A stretch of 64,000 bases of DNA from Halobacteriaceae archaeon (GTDB lineage: Archaea > Halobacteriota > Halobacteria > Halobacteriales > Halobacteriaceae). The DNA lies in assembly GCA_042216675.1 (NCBI GenBank), contig JBDGTS010000003.1, positions 13,227 through 77,226 of the forward strand, in the 5' to 3' direction. The translations under genes were made by a program, and so were the position numbers. Positions 10,359 through 20,060 of the stretch are shown here, in pieces (position 1 is the stretch's first letter; each line of letters starts with the position of its first letter). Below the pieces are notes generated by a model that saw nothing but the letters and a program-made list of their open reading frames with translations, ran no database searches and had not been told where the DNA came from.

Positions 10359-11792
10359 TCACTCCGCCGGGTCGCGGAGGGCGTCTGGGAGTGCGTCGGT
10401 CAGGTCCGACGCCAGCAGGCCGTGGCCTCGCTGTTCGACGACGGCGTCGCCGGCCCGCCCGTTGGCGTAGGCCGCGACGGCCGCTGCCGGCACGGGGTCG
10501 CGGACGGCGAGGAGGGCACTCGTCACGCCCGCCAGCACGTCGCCCGTGCCCCCGACGGTCATCCCGGGGTTGCCCGTCCGGTTGATTCGCGTCGTCTCGC
10601 CGTCCGTCACCACGTCGTAGGCGCCTTTCACGAGGAGCGTGTGGCCCAGTTCGGCCGCGAACGACTCCACGGCGTCGGCGCGCGCCCGCCAGTCGGACTC
10701 GCGGGGGCCGCCCATCTCCGCGAGTTCGCCCTGATGGGGCGTGCAGACCAGCGTCGCGTCCGTCTCCACCTCCGGAACGACGCCGAGGGCGTCCGCGTCG
10801 ACGACGGCGCGCCCCTCGTACCGTTCGAGGAACTCCCTGACTGCCTCGCGGGTGGCGTCCGCGTCGCCCAGCCCCGGGCCGAGGACCGCCACGTCTCGGT
10901 CGGCCGCGGCTTCCAGCAAGCCGTCGACGTGGGCGGGCGTCAGCACCGGCCCGTCGTAGCCGGCGGTGATGACGTCCGGGCCGTACCCCTGAATCGTGTC
11001 GGCCACTCGCTCGGGCGCGTGGACGAACACGAGGTCCGCGCCGGCCCGGAGCGCCGCCGTGGCGGTGAGCGCCGGCGCGCCGGTGTAGGGGCCGCCGCCG
11101 ACGACCATCACCCGCCCGAAGTCGCCCTTGTGGCTCTGTGGGTCGCGCGCCAGTCCTTGCAGGTCCCCGGGGCCGACGAACGTCTCGGCGGCGTCGGGGA
11201 TGCCGATGTCGGCCACCGTCACGCCCTCGCGGTCCGCGAGGCCGGGCTTGCGGTCGTGGAACGTCACGACCCGGTCTGCCTCGACGGCGACGCCGTGCGT
11301 CTCGCCCGTGTCCGCGTCGACGCCGGAGGGCACGTCGACGGCCACGACTGCCGCGTCGGCGTCGTTGATTTCTCGGGCGGCCGTACGCTCCGGGTCCCGA
11401 AGGGCGCCGGTGACGCCGGTGCCGAGCATCGCATCGACGATTACGTCCGGCCCGTCGAGCGCGAGGGTACGGGAGTCAGTCACTTCGCGGCAGTCGAGTT
11501 CGGCCTCTTGGAGTGCGTCCCAGTTCTCGCGGGCGATGTCCGTCGCGATGGCCGACCGGCGGCCCAGCAGGTGGACCGTCACGTCGAACGCCGAGAGGAA
11601 GCGCGCCGCGACGAAGCCGTCACCGCCGTTGTTTCCCCGGCCGGCGACGACGGCCACCTCGTCGCCCGGCGCGGCCACCTCGCGGACGGCGCGGGCGACG
11701 GCGTTGCCACTCGACTCCATCAACTGCTTGCGGGGGACGCCGAGGGCCGCGGCGTTCCGGTCCACCGCGGCCATCCGGTCGCTCGATATCAT
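10359..11792 (-). CDS. nnr: Bifunctional NAD(P)H-hydrate epimerase/dehydratase
   Basis: LMESSG, GRGNNGGDG, VDAMLGTG, DVPSG, SHKGDFG, GGTGDVLAG. Confidence 0.95.
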   Translation of the reverse strand: MISSDRMAAVDRNAAALGVPRKQLMESSGNAVARAVREVAAPGDEVAVVAGRGNNGGDGFVAARFLSAFDVTVHLLGRRSAIATDIARENWDALQEAELDCREVTDSRTLALDGPDVIVDAMLGTGVTGALRDPERTAAREINDADAAVVAVDVPSGVDADTGETHGVAVEADRVVTFHDRKPGLADREGVTVADIGIPDAAETFVGPGDLQGLARDPQSHKGDFGRVMVVGGGPYTGAPALTATAALRAGADLVFVHAPERVADTIQGYGPDVITAGYDGPVLTPAHVDGLLEAAADRDVAVLGPGLGDADATREAVREFLERYEGRAVVDADALGVVPEVETDATLVCTPHQGELAEMGGPRESDWRARADAVESFAAELGHTLLVKGAYDVVTDGETTRINRTGNPGMTVGGTGDVLAGVTSALLAVRDPVPAAAVAAYANGRAGDAVVEQRGHGLLASDLTDALPDALRDPAE

Positions 11793-11830
11793 GGCCGGCG
11801 CTACGGCCGGTCGTCCCAAAAGCCCGTGGG

Positions 11831-12109
11831 TCAGCGCCGGATGCGGAAGCCGTCTTCGCCCTGCGGGTCCTCGTAGGACACCTCCACGTCCGTCACGTCG
11901 GCGGCGGGGCTCCCCTCGTGACAGAACTCGACCATCCGCTCCACGGCGTCCTCGGACCCTTCGAACACCGCCTCGACGCGGCCGTCGTCGAGGTTTCTGA
12001 CCCACCCCTCGACGCCCGCGTCGCGGGCCTCGTCGCGCGTCGTCGCGCGGAAGAAGACGCCCTGCACCGTTCCGGAGACGAAGACGTGCGCTCGCGTCGC
12101 GGCTCTCAT
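11831..12109 (-). CDS. acyP: Acylphosphatase
   Basis: VSGTVQGVFFR and GWVRNLDDGRVE signatures. Confidence 0.95.
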   Translation of the reverse strand: MRAATRAHVFVSGTVQGVFFRATTRDEARDAGVEGWVRNLDDGRVEAVFEGSEDAVERMVEFCHEGSPAADVTDVEVSYEDPQGEDGFRIRR

Positions 12110-12151
12110 GGCCGTCGGTTCACCTGTCGCTCACTAAACGCCACCGGTCTG

Positions 12152-13045
12152 TCACGACCCGGCGCCGGTCCGGAGATAGTGGAAGAGGTAGGTCTGGTGG
12201 TAGCCCGCGTAGTCGCCGCCCAGTCGCTCCCGAATGGCCCGCGAGGTGTCGGCGTAGGAGCCGCGGGCGCAGTCGGGGTAGTGGTCCTCGATGGCCGAGC
12301 GAATCCACGTGTCGAGGGGCACGGCCTCCAGATGGTCCAGCGCGAAGAGGCAGATGCAGTCGGCCACCTTGTCGCCGACGCCGACGAACCCCGTGAGCGC
12401 GTCGCGGGCCGCCTCGTAGTCCAAGCCTGCCACGTCGGCGCGCGCGAGTTCGCCATCGGCCACCATGCCGGCCGTGTCGCGGACGTACGGCGCCCGGTAG
12501 CCCAGCCCCAAGTCCCGAAGTTCGGCCTCGCTCGCCGCCGCCAGCGTCTCCGGATCGGGGAACCCGTAGTAGGTGCGCTCGCCCAGTTCGATTGGGTCCC
12601 CGAACTCCCGGCGGAGGGCGGCCTGCATCGCGGCGATGCGACCCACGCGCATCTGCGCCGAGCAGATGAACGCGATGACCGTCGGGAAGAAGGGGTCGCG
12701 CACCAGACGGAGGCCCCCGAACTCGTCGTAGGCCGCGCGGACGAGTTCGTCCTCGGGCGCCGTCGCGGCGATGGCGTTCAGGTCGTCGTCGAGGCGGAGC
12801 AAGTCGGTGAGGATCGGTTCGGCGTCCGTGGTGGCCTCCCACTCCAGATGGTCGTCCCGCTGACGGACGCGAATCGCCTCGCCGTCGACGACGACGTGGT
12901 ACCACGCGTCGCCGCCCGCCGGGGCGTCCGTCTCGTAGAGCGCGCCGTCGTCGCGGCCCCAGAGGTAGGACTGGCCGCTCTCTAGCGTCGCCTGCAGGTC
13001 GATGCCGCCCGGGAGGTCCGCGACGGACACGTGCCCTGTCTCCAT
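12152..13045 (-). CDS. ogg: 8-oxoguanine DNA glycosylase-like HhH-GPD glycosylase
   Basis: TLESGQ, LGLGYRAPY, HhH GVGDKVADC, VPLDTW, YAGYHQTYLF. Confidence 0.88.
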   Translation of the reverse strand: METGHVSVADLPGGIDLQATLESGQSYLWGRDDGALYETDAPAGGDAWYHVVVDGEAIRVRQRDDHLEWEATTDAEPILTDLLRLDDDLNAIAATAPEDELVRAAYDEFGGLRLVRDPFFPTVIAFICSAQMRVGRIAAMQAALRREFGDPIELGERTYYGFPDPETLAAASEAELRDLGLGYRAPYVRDTAGMVADGELARADVAGLDYEAARDALTGFVGVGDKVADCICLFALDHLEAVPLDTWIRSAIEDHYPDCARGSYADTSRAIRERLGGDYAGYHQTYLFHYLRTGAGS

Positions 13046-13129
13046 CGGCGCACCGTTGCCGACGGGGGCTGAGAAGGCTGTCGGTCGGGCCAAGGTACTT
13101 TTAGTCGAAGCCCGTCTGTACACTCGATG

Positions 13130-13567
13130 ATGGATTGCCGAGTAGTCGTCGAGGCGGCCGTCCCCGTGTACGACGTCTCCGAACCTGACGAGGCAGTGCG
13201 CATCGCCATCTCGAAGACGGGCGAGATGCTCAATCCCGACCTCAACTACGTCGAGATCGAGATGGGGGAGCGCGCCTGTCCCACCTGCGGGGACGACCTC
13301 GAACCGGCGTTCATCGCCGCCGACGAGGGACTGGTCGCCCTCGAACTCTCGATGTCCGTGTTCAACGTCGAACGCGAGGAACACGCGGCCCGCATCGCCC
13401 GCAAGGAAATCGGCGAGCGACTGGAGAACATCCCCCTCGAAGTCCTCGACGTGGAAATCGAGGAGGACGAGGACGAGGATGCAGAGGCGGACACCGGGGA
13501 GGAATCGACCGGCGGGGAGGAAGAGGACGTGCTGCCGGAGTTCGACGACCTGCTCGAAGAGGGGTAG
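13130..13567 (+). CDS. DUF555 (UPF0212) family protein
   Basis: VVVEAAVPV, DEAVRIAISKTG, CPTCG, EHAARIARKEIG. Confidence 0.85.
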   Translation: MDCRVVVEAAVPVYDVSEPDEAVRIAISKTGEMLNPDLNYVEIEMGERACPTCGDDLEPAFIAADEGLVALELSMSVFNVEREEHAARIARKEIGERLENIPLEVLDVEIEEDEDEDAEADTGEESTGGEEEDVLPEFDDLLEEG

Positions 13568-13612
13568 CCGTCGCTACGTGGCGTGTGTATCCGCAGAGCG
13601 TCGCCCTGAATT

Positions 13613-13849
13613 TCAGTCGGCCTGGGCGGCGACTGCTTCCGTCGCTTCGGATTCGACTTCGTCCGTGATTCCGCCGATGAGCGCAAAAACAGCAGCCTTG
13701 TGGTCAGTCTTCGAGCGGTGGATGGATGTCGGTCGTACCCCCATCGTCTCGTACTCTGTCAGATCCAGCGATGCGTCCTTGTGTTCCTCGTAGTGATTGC
13801 CGACCTCTGCGAGCAGGCCGTGGAGGTGGATCAGCTCCTGCTTCTTCAT
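13613..13849 (-). CDS. UPF0058 family protein
   Basis: MKKQELIHLHGLL, RPTSIHRSKTDHKAAVFAL. Confidence 0.9.
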   Translation of the reverse strand: MKKQELIHLHGLLAEVGNHYEEHKDASLDLTEYETMGVRPTSIHRSKTDHKAAVFALIGGITDEVESEATEAVAAQAD

Positions 13850-14003
13850 AACCAAGCGTTTGTTGCAGGTGGAGGGTTATATTATTATCCTGAGTACCGT
13901 TACCACACTACCGCCTAAGTATTCCGGAGAGAGTCTGACGTAAGAAACACTCGACCGCATCGCCGTGAAAGGTTTTTACGGCGTCCGTCCCCAACGAAGC
14001 GGT

Positions 14004-14408
14004 ATGGAGTACGACGATGCGCTGGACCGGGCGCTGGAGAGTACCCCTGACATCCAGTCCGACAGCGAGCGATTCGAGGTGCCGGACCCGGACGTTCGGA
14101 CGGAGGGCAACGCCACAGTCTACGAGAACTTTCAGGCGACCATCGACCGACTCGACAGGGATGGTGACCACTTGCTGAAGTTCCTGCAGGACGAACTCGG
14201 CACGAGCGCTCACATCGACGAGAGCGGCCGCGCCCGCCTCACCGGCGAGTTCCGCGCGCGGCGCATCTCGGACGTCCTCGACGACTACGTGGAGTCCTAC
14301 GTGCGCTGTCCGGAGTGTGGCCTGCCGGACACGCAACTGACCCGGGAGCAAGGCGCGCTTCTCATCCGCTGTGAGGCCTGCGGGGCGCGGTCCCCTGCCG
14401 GCGAGTGA
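14004..14408 (+). CDS. Translation initiation factor aIF-2 subunit beta
   Basis: Y..LDRA, ERFEVP, KFLQDELGT, YVRCPECGLPDT...CEACGA zinc ribbon. Confidence 0.92.
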   Translation: MEYDDALDRALESTPDIQSDSERFEVPDPDVRTEGNATVYENFQATIDRLDRDGDHLLKFLQDELGTSAHIDESGRARLTGEFRARRISDVLDDYVESYVRCPECGLPDTQLTREQGALLIRCEACGARSPAGE

Positions 14409-14594
14409 TCAGCTTTCGAGCCGTTTGAGGTTCTCGAGGTCGCGGTCCGTCCGCATGAAGAGGGCCGTCCGCCGCGTGGCGTGACATTCCGGACAACTGT
14501 AGTTCTCGTCGTGATTCGGGAGTTCGGAGGGGGTCATCTCCCAGCTCTTCTGACACTCGGGGCAGAGCAGTTGCACGTACGCCTCGTGAGCCAT
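14409..14594 (-). CDS. Small CPxC-type zinc-finger protein (61 aa)
   Basis: Two CPEC motifs (CPECQK, CPECHA). Confidence 0.8.
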   Translation of the reverse strand: MAHEAYVQLLCPECQKSWEMTPSELPNHDENYSCPECHATRRTALFMRTDRDLENLKRLES

Positions 14595-14635
14595 GCCGCG
14601 AACTGCGGGCCGTCACCGGAAAAATCTACTGGCGC

Positions 14636-14920
14636 CTACTGTGTGAACAAGTGCCCTTCCGTGGGCACGTCGAACAGTCCGATTCGCGCGCCGGCGTCGA
14701 GCCACGCGTGACCGTAGGAGAACGCGGCGAGGGCGTTCACCGGGTCGTCGTCGGCCCGGAAGTGCCGCCCGTCCTCCAGATACGCGCGGGCCATCTCCTC
14801 GCACTCGTCGGCGGCGTCCGCTAGCGGCGTCTCCGGCGGTGCCGTCACCTCCGCGGCGTCGAGGGCCGCGGCGAGCAGTTCCTCGTAGCGGTCCGTCTTC
14901 TCCGTGAGGTCGGCGGGCAT
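14636..14920 (-). CDS. DUF357 domain protein
   Basis: EMARAYLEDGRHF...VNALAAFSYGHAWLDAGARIG. Confidence 0.9.
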   Translation of the reverse strand: MPADLTEKTDRYEELLAAALDAAEVTAPPETPLADAADECEEMARAYLEDGRHFRADDDPVNALAAFSYGHAWLDAGARIGLFDVPTEGHLFTQ

Positions 14921-15023
14921 ACCGCTCCCGACCCGGCGTGGGGTCATATGGGTGACGACCCGAGCGGAGGCGAGATGGGCGGGCAACACAACCTCCTTTA
15001 CCGTCCGCGGCGCACGTAGACGT

Positions 15024-16076
15024 ATGACCGACACGGAACCAGTCGAACACCGGCGCCTCGTCATCGCCGGGACGGGCATCGCGGGCCTCACGGCGGCCAT
15101 CTACGCCGCGCGGTCGAACAACGACCCCCTCCTGCTGGAGGGCGACGAACCGGGCGGCCAGTTGACCCTCACCACGGAAGTCGACAACTATCCGGGCTTC
15201 CCGGAGGGCATCTCCGGGCCGGAACTGGTGAACAACATGAAAGAGCAGGCCGAGCGCTTCGGCGCGGACATCCGCAACGGCGTCGTCGAGGACGTCGACG
15301 ACTCCGCCAAGCCCCTGACGGTGACGCTCACCAACGGCGACGTGTACCACGCCGACGCGCTCATCGCGGCCTCCGGCGCGAGCGCCCGCACCCTCGGCAT
15401 TCCGGGCGAGGACGAACTGATGGGCTACGGCGTCTCCACCTGTGCGACCTGCGACGGCGCGTTCTTCCGCGGCGAGGACATGATCGTCGTGGGCGGCGGC
15501 GACGCCGCGATGGAGGAGGCCTCCTTCCTCACGAAGTTCGCGGACACGGTGTACATCGCTCACCGCCGCGACGAGTTCCGCGCGGAGGACTACTGGATCG
15601 ACCGCGTGCAGGACCACGTCGCGGACGGCGACATCGAAATCATGCGAAACACCGAGGTGACCGAAATCGAGGGGACCCCGGAGGAGGGCGTCGACAGCGT
15701 CTCGCTCGTCCGAAACCCGGAGGGGCACCCCACGGACAAACTCGGCGACCCGCAGACGGAGGCCTTCGAGATGGACGTGGGTGCCGTCTTCCTCGCCATC
15801 GGCCACACGCCGAACACGGGCTACCTCGACGACACCGGCGTCGAACTCGACGACGAGGGGTACATCGTCGCCGAGGGTGGCGACGGCGGTGGACAGACGA
15901 AGACGGGCGTCGACGGTATCTTCGGCGCCGGCGACGTGGTGGACTACCACTACCAGCAGGCCGTCACGGCCGGCGGCATGGGCTGTAAGGCCGCGCTGGA
16001 CGCCGACGAGTATCTCGAAAGCCGCGGCAGTACGGTCGCGACGGGCGAGGAAGCGGGCGCGGAAGCCGACGACTAG
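15024..16076 (+). CDS. trxB: Thioredoxin-disulfide reductase
   Basis: GGQLTLTTEVDNYPGF, CATC redox motif, GGGDAAMEEA, HRRDEFRA, GDV...QQAVTAGGMG. Confidence 0.95.
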   Translation: MTDTEPVEHRRLVIAGTGIAGLTAAIYAARSNNDPLLLEGDEPGGQLTLTTEVDNYPGFPEGISGPELVNNMKEQAERFGADIRNGVVEDVDDSAKPLTVTLTNGDVYHADALIAASGASARTLGIPGEDELMGYGVSTCATCDGAFFRGEDMIVVGGGDAAMEEASFLTKFADTVYIAHRRDEFRAEDYWIDRVQDHVADGDIEIMRNTEVTEIEGTPEEGVDSVSLVRNPEGHPTDKLGDPQTEAFEMDVGAVFLAIGHTPNTGYLDDTGVELDDEGYIVAEGGDGGGQTKTGVDGIFGAGDVVDYHYQQAVTAGGMGCKAALDADEYLESRGSTVATGEEAGAEADD

Positions 16077-17725
16077 TCGAGTCGGAAGGCGTCGGCACGC
16101 CGCACGGCCCGCCGGAAGCCGACGTACCCGGCGCCGACGCCGAGCGCAACCGAGACGGCGAGACCGGTCAGTTGAAGCGTCCACGCGGGCGGCCCGAGCG
16201 TCGCCGCCGTCACCGCGAGGTGGCCCACGAGAGCGGGCAGGCCGATCGCGACCATCGCGAGGAGGAAACTGACGAACGCCCACGGACTCGGGACGACGAC
16301 CTCACGGCTGTCGTTAATTCTCGTCGCCTCTAACTTCGGATAGCGCGTCCCGAACGCCGCAGCGACGCCCGTCCCGGCGACGCAGAGGATGGCCATCCCC
16401 ACCACGTCTGCGGCCGCGACGAGCGGCGTCAGTGGACTCGCGACGGCGACGGCGGCCACCGCGAGGACGGTCAGCGGAAGGCCGACTGCCAGTTCGCCCA
16501 CCGCGGCGCCCGCGACCAACCGCCGTCCGCCGACGCCGGTGGTCAACGTCGCCGGCAACACGTCGCCCTCGTTGCCGATGGGGTTCAGCGTGTACAGCCC
16601 GCCGGTGACGACGGCCCCGGTCAGCCCCACGGTGACGGGAAGTCGCATCGGCACGACGCCCGACACCGCGAACAGCTGGACCTCGTAGAACAGAAAGAAG
16701 ACCGGCACGACGGCGTACTGGACCGTCACCGGCGACCGGACCGCGCGCCGGACACAGGTGACCGCAACCTGTCGCACGGGACGGTCGACGAGGCCGGAGA
16801 GCGCCCGGTCGAGGCCTTCGCCGCCGAAGCCAGCGGTCTCACGGCCGGATGACTGCTCTGCGGACTCGCGGAGCCAGAGCCCCCGGGCGACTCGCCCCGC
16901 CGCGAGGCTGCCGCCGGCCGGGAGTGCGAGCAACAGCGCCGCCCCGACGGCGACCCGGAGCGGCGAGGTGTCGACGCCCGGCACGAGCGCTATCGCCGGG
17001 TCGCCGAGCCACGCGAGCGGAATCTCGTCCGTGGCGCGCCTGACGGCGGCGAGGGACACGTCGACGTTCACCGCGAGGGGCACCGTGTAGAGCGCCGGAA
17101 TCGAGACGGCGCTGAGGAGGCTGATCGCGGTTCGGTGTCGCGCGACGAACGCCGACCGGGCGGCGAGTCGCTTCGCGAGCAGTCCGCCCACGTACCCCAG
17201 CGCCGTCCCGCCGACGACGAGCGCCGCCGCGACGAGCAGAACGGTGAGGCCGGCCGTCGCGGACCGGGCGCCGATGGCCAGTCCGACCGACCCGGCGGCC
17301 AGCGGGAGCGCCAGAAACGACGCGTACCGACACACTTCGGCCGCGAGATGGCCGACGGCCACCGCGCGGGGACTCGCGGCCGTGAGCAGGGCCGCCGGCG
17401 CGTCGGGCCACCCGACCTGCTTGACCGTACGCTGGACGCCCATGAAGCCGACGAACGCGAGGAGGAGCACCGCGCCCGCCCGGGCGCCGACGACGCCGGC
17501 CTCGATTTCCTCGGTCCGGAGCACCCTCCCCAGCACGAACCCGCCGAAGCCGGTGCCGCCGACGTACACGAGGCCCACCAGCGTGAGGGCCACGAGTTTC
17601 AGTGCGACGCGGTCCGTGTCGGCTACGCGGCGCCACGACCGACGGACCTCGGTGCGGGCGACGAGGGCGGCGTCGCGCGCGTCTTCACGCAACGTCTCGA
17701 CGGAGAGGCCGTCCGCGGAGGGCAT
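16073..17725 (-). CDS. Multi-pass membrane protein, probable ABC-2-type exporter permease
   Basis: About 550 aa with many hydrophobic segments; ARTEVRR..R start and LNPIGNEG motif recalled from haloarchaeal ABC permeases. Confidence 0.65.
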   Translation of the reverse strand: MPSADGLSVETLREDARDAALVARTEVRRSWRRVADTDRVALKLVALTLVGLVYVGGTGFGGFVLGRVLRTEEIEAGVVGARAGAVLLLAFVGFMGVQRTVKQVGWPDAPAALLTAASPRAVAVGHLAAEVCRYASFLALPLAAGSVGLAIGARSATAGLTVLLVAAALVVGGTALGYVGGLLAKRLAARSAFVARHRTAISLLSAVSIPALYTVPLAVNVDVSLAAVRRATDEIPLAWLGDPAIALVPGVDTSPLRVAVGAALLLALPAGGSLAAGRVARGLWLRESAEQSSGRETAGFGGEGLDRALSGLVDRPVRQVAVTCVRRAVRSPVTVQYAVVPVFFLFYEVQLFAVSGVVPMRLPVTVGLTGAVVTGGLYTLNPIGNEGDVLPATLTTGVGGRRLVAGAAVGELAVGLPLTVLAVAAVAVASPLTPLVAAADVVGMAILCVAGTGVAAAFGTRYPKLEATRINDSREVVVPSPWAFVSFLLAMVAIGLPALVGHLAVTAATLGPPAWTLQLTGLAVSVALGVGAGYVGFRRAVRRADAFRLD

Positions 17726-17813
17726 GTCCTGCGGCGCTTTGTGTGCCAGCCGCTTCATCGGTTCGGTTCCCGAGAATCCACAGTTCCTTACGTCGGGCGG
17801 GCGAACGGCGGCT

Positions 17814-18095
17814 ATGGCTGACGAACTCACAGTCACGGTCGAAGTCGACGACGACACCGACGAAGTCCGCCTTCCGGAGGGCCTCGTGGAGATGTTCAGT
17901 GAGGGCGACGAACCGCCCGCCACGGTCGTGGCCGACATCCTGCAGGTCGCGTTCACGCAACGCGCACACTCCGTCGTTCACCACGGGCACGGCGAGGCCG
18001 ACGAGGAGATGGAGGCAATCGAAGACCACGCGCTCGACCTGTTCGAGGAGCGCTTCGGGCAGACGTTCGAGGAAGCGACCGGTCACTCCCACTAA
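17814..18095 (+). CDS. Conserved haloarchaeal hypothetical protein
   Basis: Acidic 93 aa, ending LFEERFGQTFEEATGHSH. Confidence 0.8.
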   Translation: MADELTVTVEVDDDTDEVRLPEGLVEMFSEGDEPPATVVADILQVAFTQRAHSVVHHGHGEADEEMEAIEDHALDLFEERFGQTFEEATGHSH

Positions 18096-18706
18096 TCGAC
18101 GGTCCAGCGGAGAAGCACGCCGTCGTCCAGTCGTTCTACCCCGACCAGCGACAGGTCCACGAACGCCTCGGGCAGGCCGAACCCCTCGCCGTCCGCGAGC
18201 GTCGGCGCGTCGCGGCCGCCGATGAGCGTGCCGCCGACGAACACCGAGAGGTCGTCGACGAGGCCCGCCTCGAACAGCGAGAAGATGAGTTCGCCGCCGC
18301 CCTCGACCAGCAGCGACTCGACGCCCGCGGCTTCGAGGGCGTCGAGGGCCTCGGGGAGAGCCACCCGGTCCGCGCCGGCCCTGATGACCGTCGCGTCCGG
18401 CACGTCCTCGTCGGGGGCGGCCTCGCTGGCGAGGAGGTACGTCGGCGCGGCGTCGTCCAGAATCCGTGCGTCCCGGGGCGTCCGCAGGCGCGAGTCCGCG
18501 ACGACTCGGGCCGGCGTCGCGCCCGCGACGGTGAGGTGTGGGTCGTCCGCGAGAACCGTGCCGACGCCGACCATCACGGCGTCGCTCTCGGCGCGCATCC
18601 CGTCGACGCGCGCGAAGTCCTCGTCGCCGCTGATGGCCACCTGCTCGCGACGGTGCGAGGCGAGTTTTCCGTCGGCGCTCGTCGCGGCGTTCACGCGGAC
18701 GTGCAT
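18092..18706 (-). CDS. arfC: 2,5-diamino-6-(ribosylamino)-4(3H)-pyrimidinone 5'-phosphate reductase (archaeal riboflavin synthesis)
   Basis: NAATSADGKL, DAVMVGVGTVLADDPHL, LLVEGGGEL, IGGRDAPTL. Confidence 0.92.
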   Translation of the reverse strand: MHVRVNAATSADGKLASHRREQVAISGDEDFARVDGMRAESDAVMVGVGTVLADDPHLTVAGATPARVVADSRLRTPRDARILDDAAPTYLLASEAAPDEDVPDATVIRAGADRVALPEALDALEAAGVESLLVEGGGELIFSLFEAGLVDDLSVFVGGTLIGGRDAPTLADGEGFGLPEAFVDLSLVGVERLDDGVLLRWTVD

Positions 18707-18788
18707 CGGCCCCTCGTAGGGGGGTGGCCGGAAAACGGCTTTCGGTCACGCAGTACGCTTTTAGGCGCCTGTCACGAAGAACGAGGCG

Positions 18789-20060
18789 ATGGAGTTAGAA
18801 GACCATGCCGAGGACCTCGCCTCCGACCTCGGCGTTGACAAACAGGAGGTCGAAGAGAGTCTGCGCAACCTCGTGGAGTACAGCGTCCCCATCGAGGAAG
18901 CCAAGCAGAGCCTGCGACGCAAGTACGGCGACGACGGCGACGGCGGGAGCGCAACCCCGACGACGGCCGACGTGGCCGACGTGACGACGGACTCGGGCAA
19001 CGTCACCACCACCGTCCGGGTCCTCACCGTGGGCAAGCGCCCCATTCGCTATCAGGGCGAGGACCACGTCATCTTCGAGGGCGAACTCGCCGACGAGACG
19101 GGCACCATCTCCTACACCGCGTGGGAGGACTTCGGTCTCAGCCCCGGCGACACCATCACCGTCGCGAACGCCTCCGTCCGCGAGTTCGAGGGCCGCCCCG
19201 AACTCAACTTCGGCGAGAACTCCTCCGTGGAGTTCCTCGAGGAACCGCTCTCCGTCGACACCGAGGTCGGTGGCGACGCCGGCCTCGCCGACCTCGAACC
19301 GGGTGACCGCGGCGCCAACGTCGAGGTCACCGTCGTCGAGTGCGAGGAGCGCACCATCGACGGGCGCGACGGCGAGACAGAGATTCTGAGCGGCGTCCTC
19401 GGCGACGAGACGGGGCGTCTGCCCTTCACCGACTGGGAGCCCCGCTCCGAAATCGAGGCGGGGGCGTCGCTCCGCATCGAGAACGTCTACGTCCGAGAGT
19501 TCCGGGGCGTCCCCTCGGTGAACCTCTCGGAGTTCTCGGTGGCCACGCCCCTCGACGGCGAGGTGGAGATGAGTGGCCCACAGCGACTCTCGATTCGGGA
19601 GGCCGTCTCACGCGGCGGCGCCTACGACGTGGCCATCGTCGGCGACGTCATCGACGTCCGTGACGGCTCCGGCATCGTCCAGCGCTGTCCCGAGTGCAAC
19701 CGCATCGTCCAGAACGACCGATGTCGCACCCACGGCGAGGTGGACCCCGAGGACGACCTGCGGACCAAAGCCATCCTCGACGACGGCACCGGCACGGTGA
19801 CGGCCGTCTTCGACGCCGACCTCACGGCCGACATCTACGGCGGCACGCTCGACGACGCCCTCGACGCCGCCCGTGAGGCGATGGACCAGTCCGTCGTCGC
19901 CGAGGCCATCAGCGACGAACTCGTGGGTCTCTCCTTCGAGGTCCGGGGCCACCTCAGCGTGGACGAGTACGGTGCGAACCTCGAAGTCGTCGAGTTCGGC
20001 CCCGTCGAGGAGGACCCGTCCGAACGCGGCGAGCGACTGCTCGCGGAGGTGGGCCGATGA
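18789..20060 (+). CDS. rpa1: Replication protein A (multi-OB-fold ssDNA-binding protein with zinc finger)
   Basis: Repeated OB folds (LADETG, LGDETG, LDDGTG), CPEC...C..H zinc finger; operon with RPA-associated protein and phosphoesterase. Confidence 0.9.
   Translation: MELEDHAEDLASDLGVDKQEVEESLRNLVEYSVPIEEAKQSLRRKYGDDGDGGSATPTTADVADVTTDSGNVTTTVRVLTVGKRPIRYQGEDHVIFEGELADETGTISYTAWEDFGLSPGDTITVANASVREFEGRPELNFGENSSVEFLEEPLSVDTEVGGDAGLADLEPGDRGANVEVTVVECEERTIDGRDGETEILSGVLGDETGRLPFTDWEPRSEIEAGASLRIENVYVREFRGVPSVNLSEFSVATPLDGEVEMSGPQRLSIREAVSRGGAYDVAIVGDVIDVRDGSGIVQRCPECNRIVQNDRCRTHGEVDPEDDLRTKAILDDGTGTVTAVFDADLTADIYGGTLDDALDAAREAMDQSVVAEAISDELVGLSFEVRGHLSVDEYGANLEVVEFGPVEEDPSERGERLLAEVGR

Noticed and set aside
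10116-12985. Long plus-strand ORFs (586 aa, 490 aa) and many similar Arg/Pro-rich ORFs across the window
   Set aside because: Shadow ORFs from high GC and codon bias, overlapping well-supported genes and lacking acidic haloarchaeal composition.
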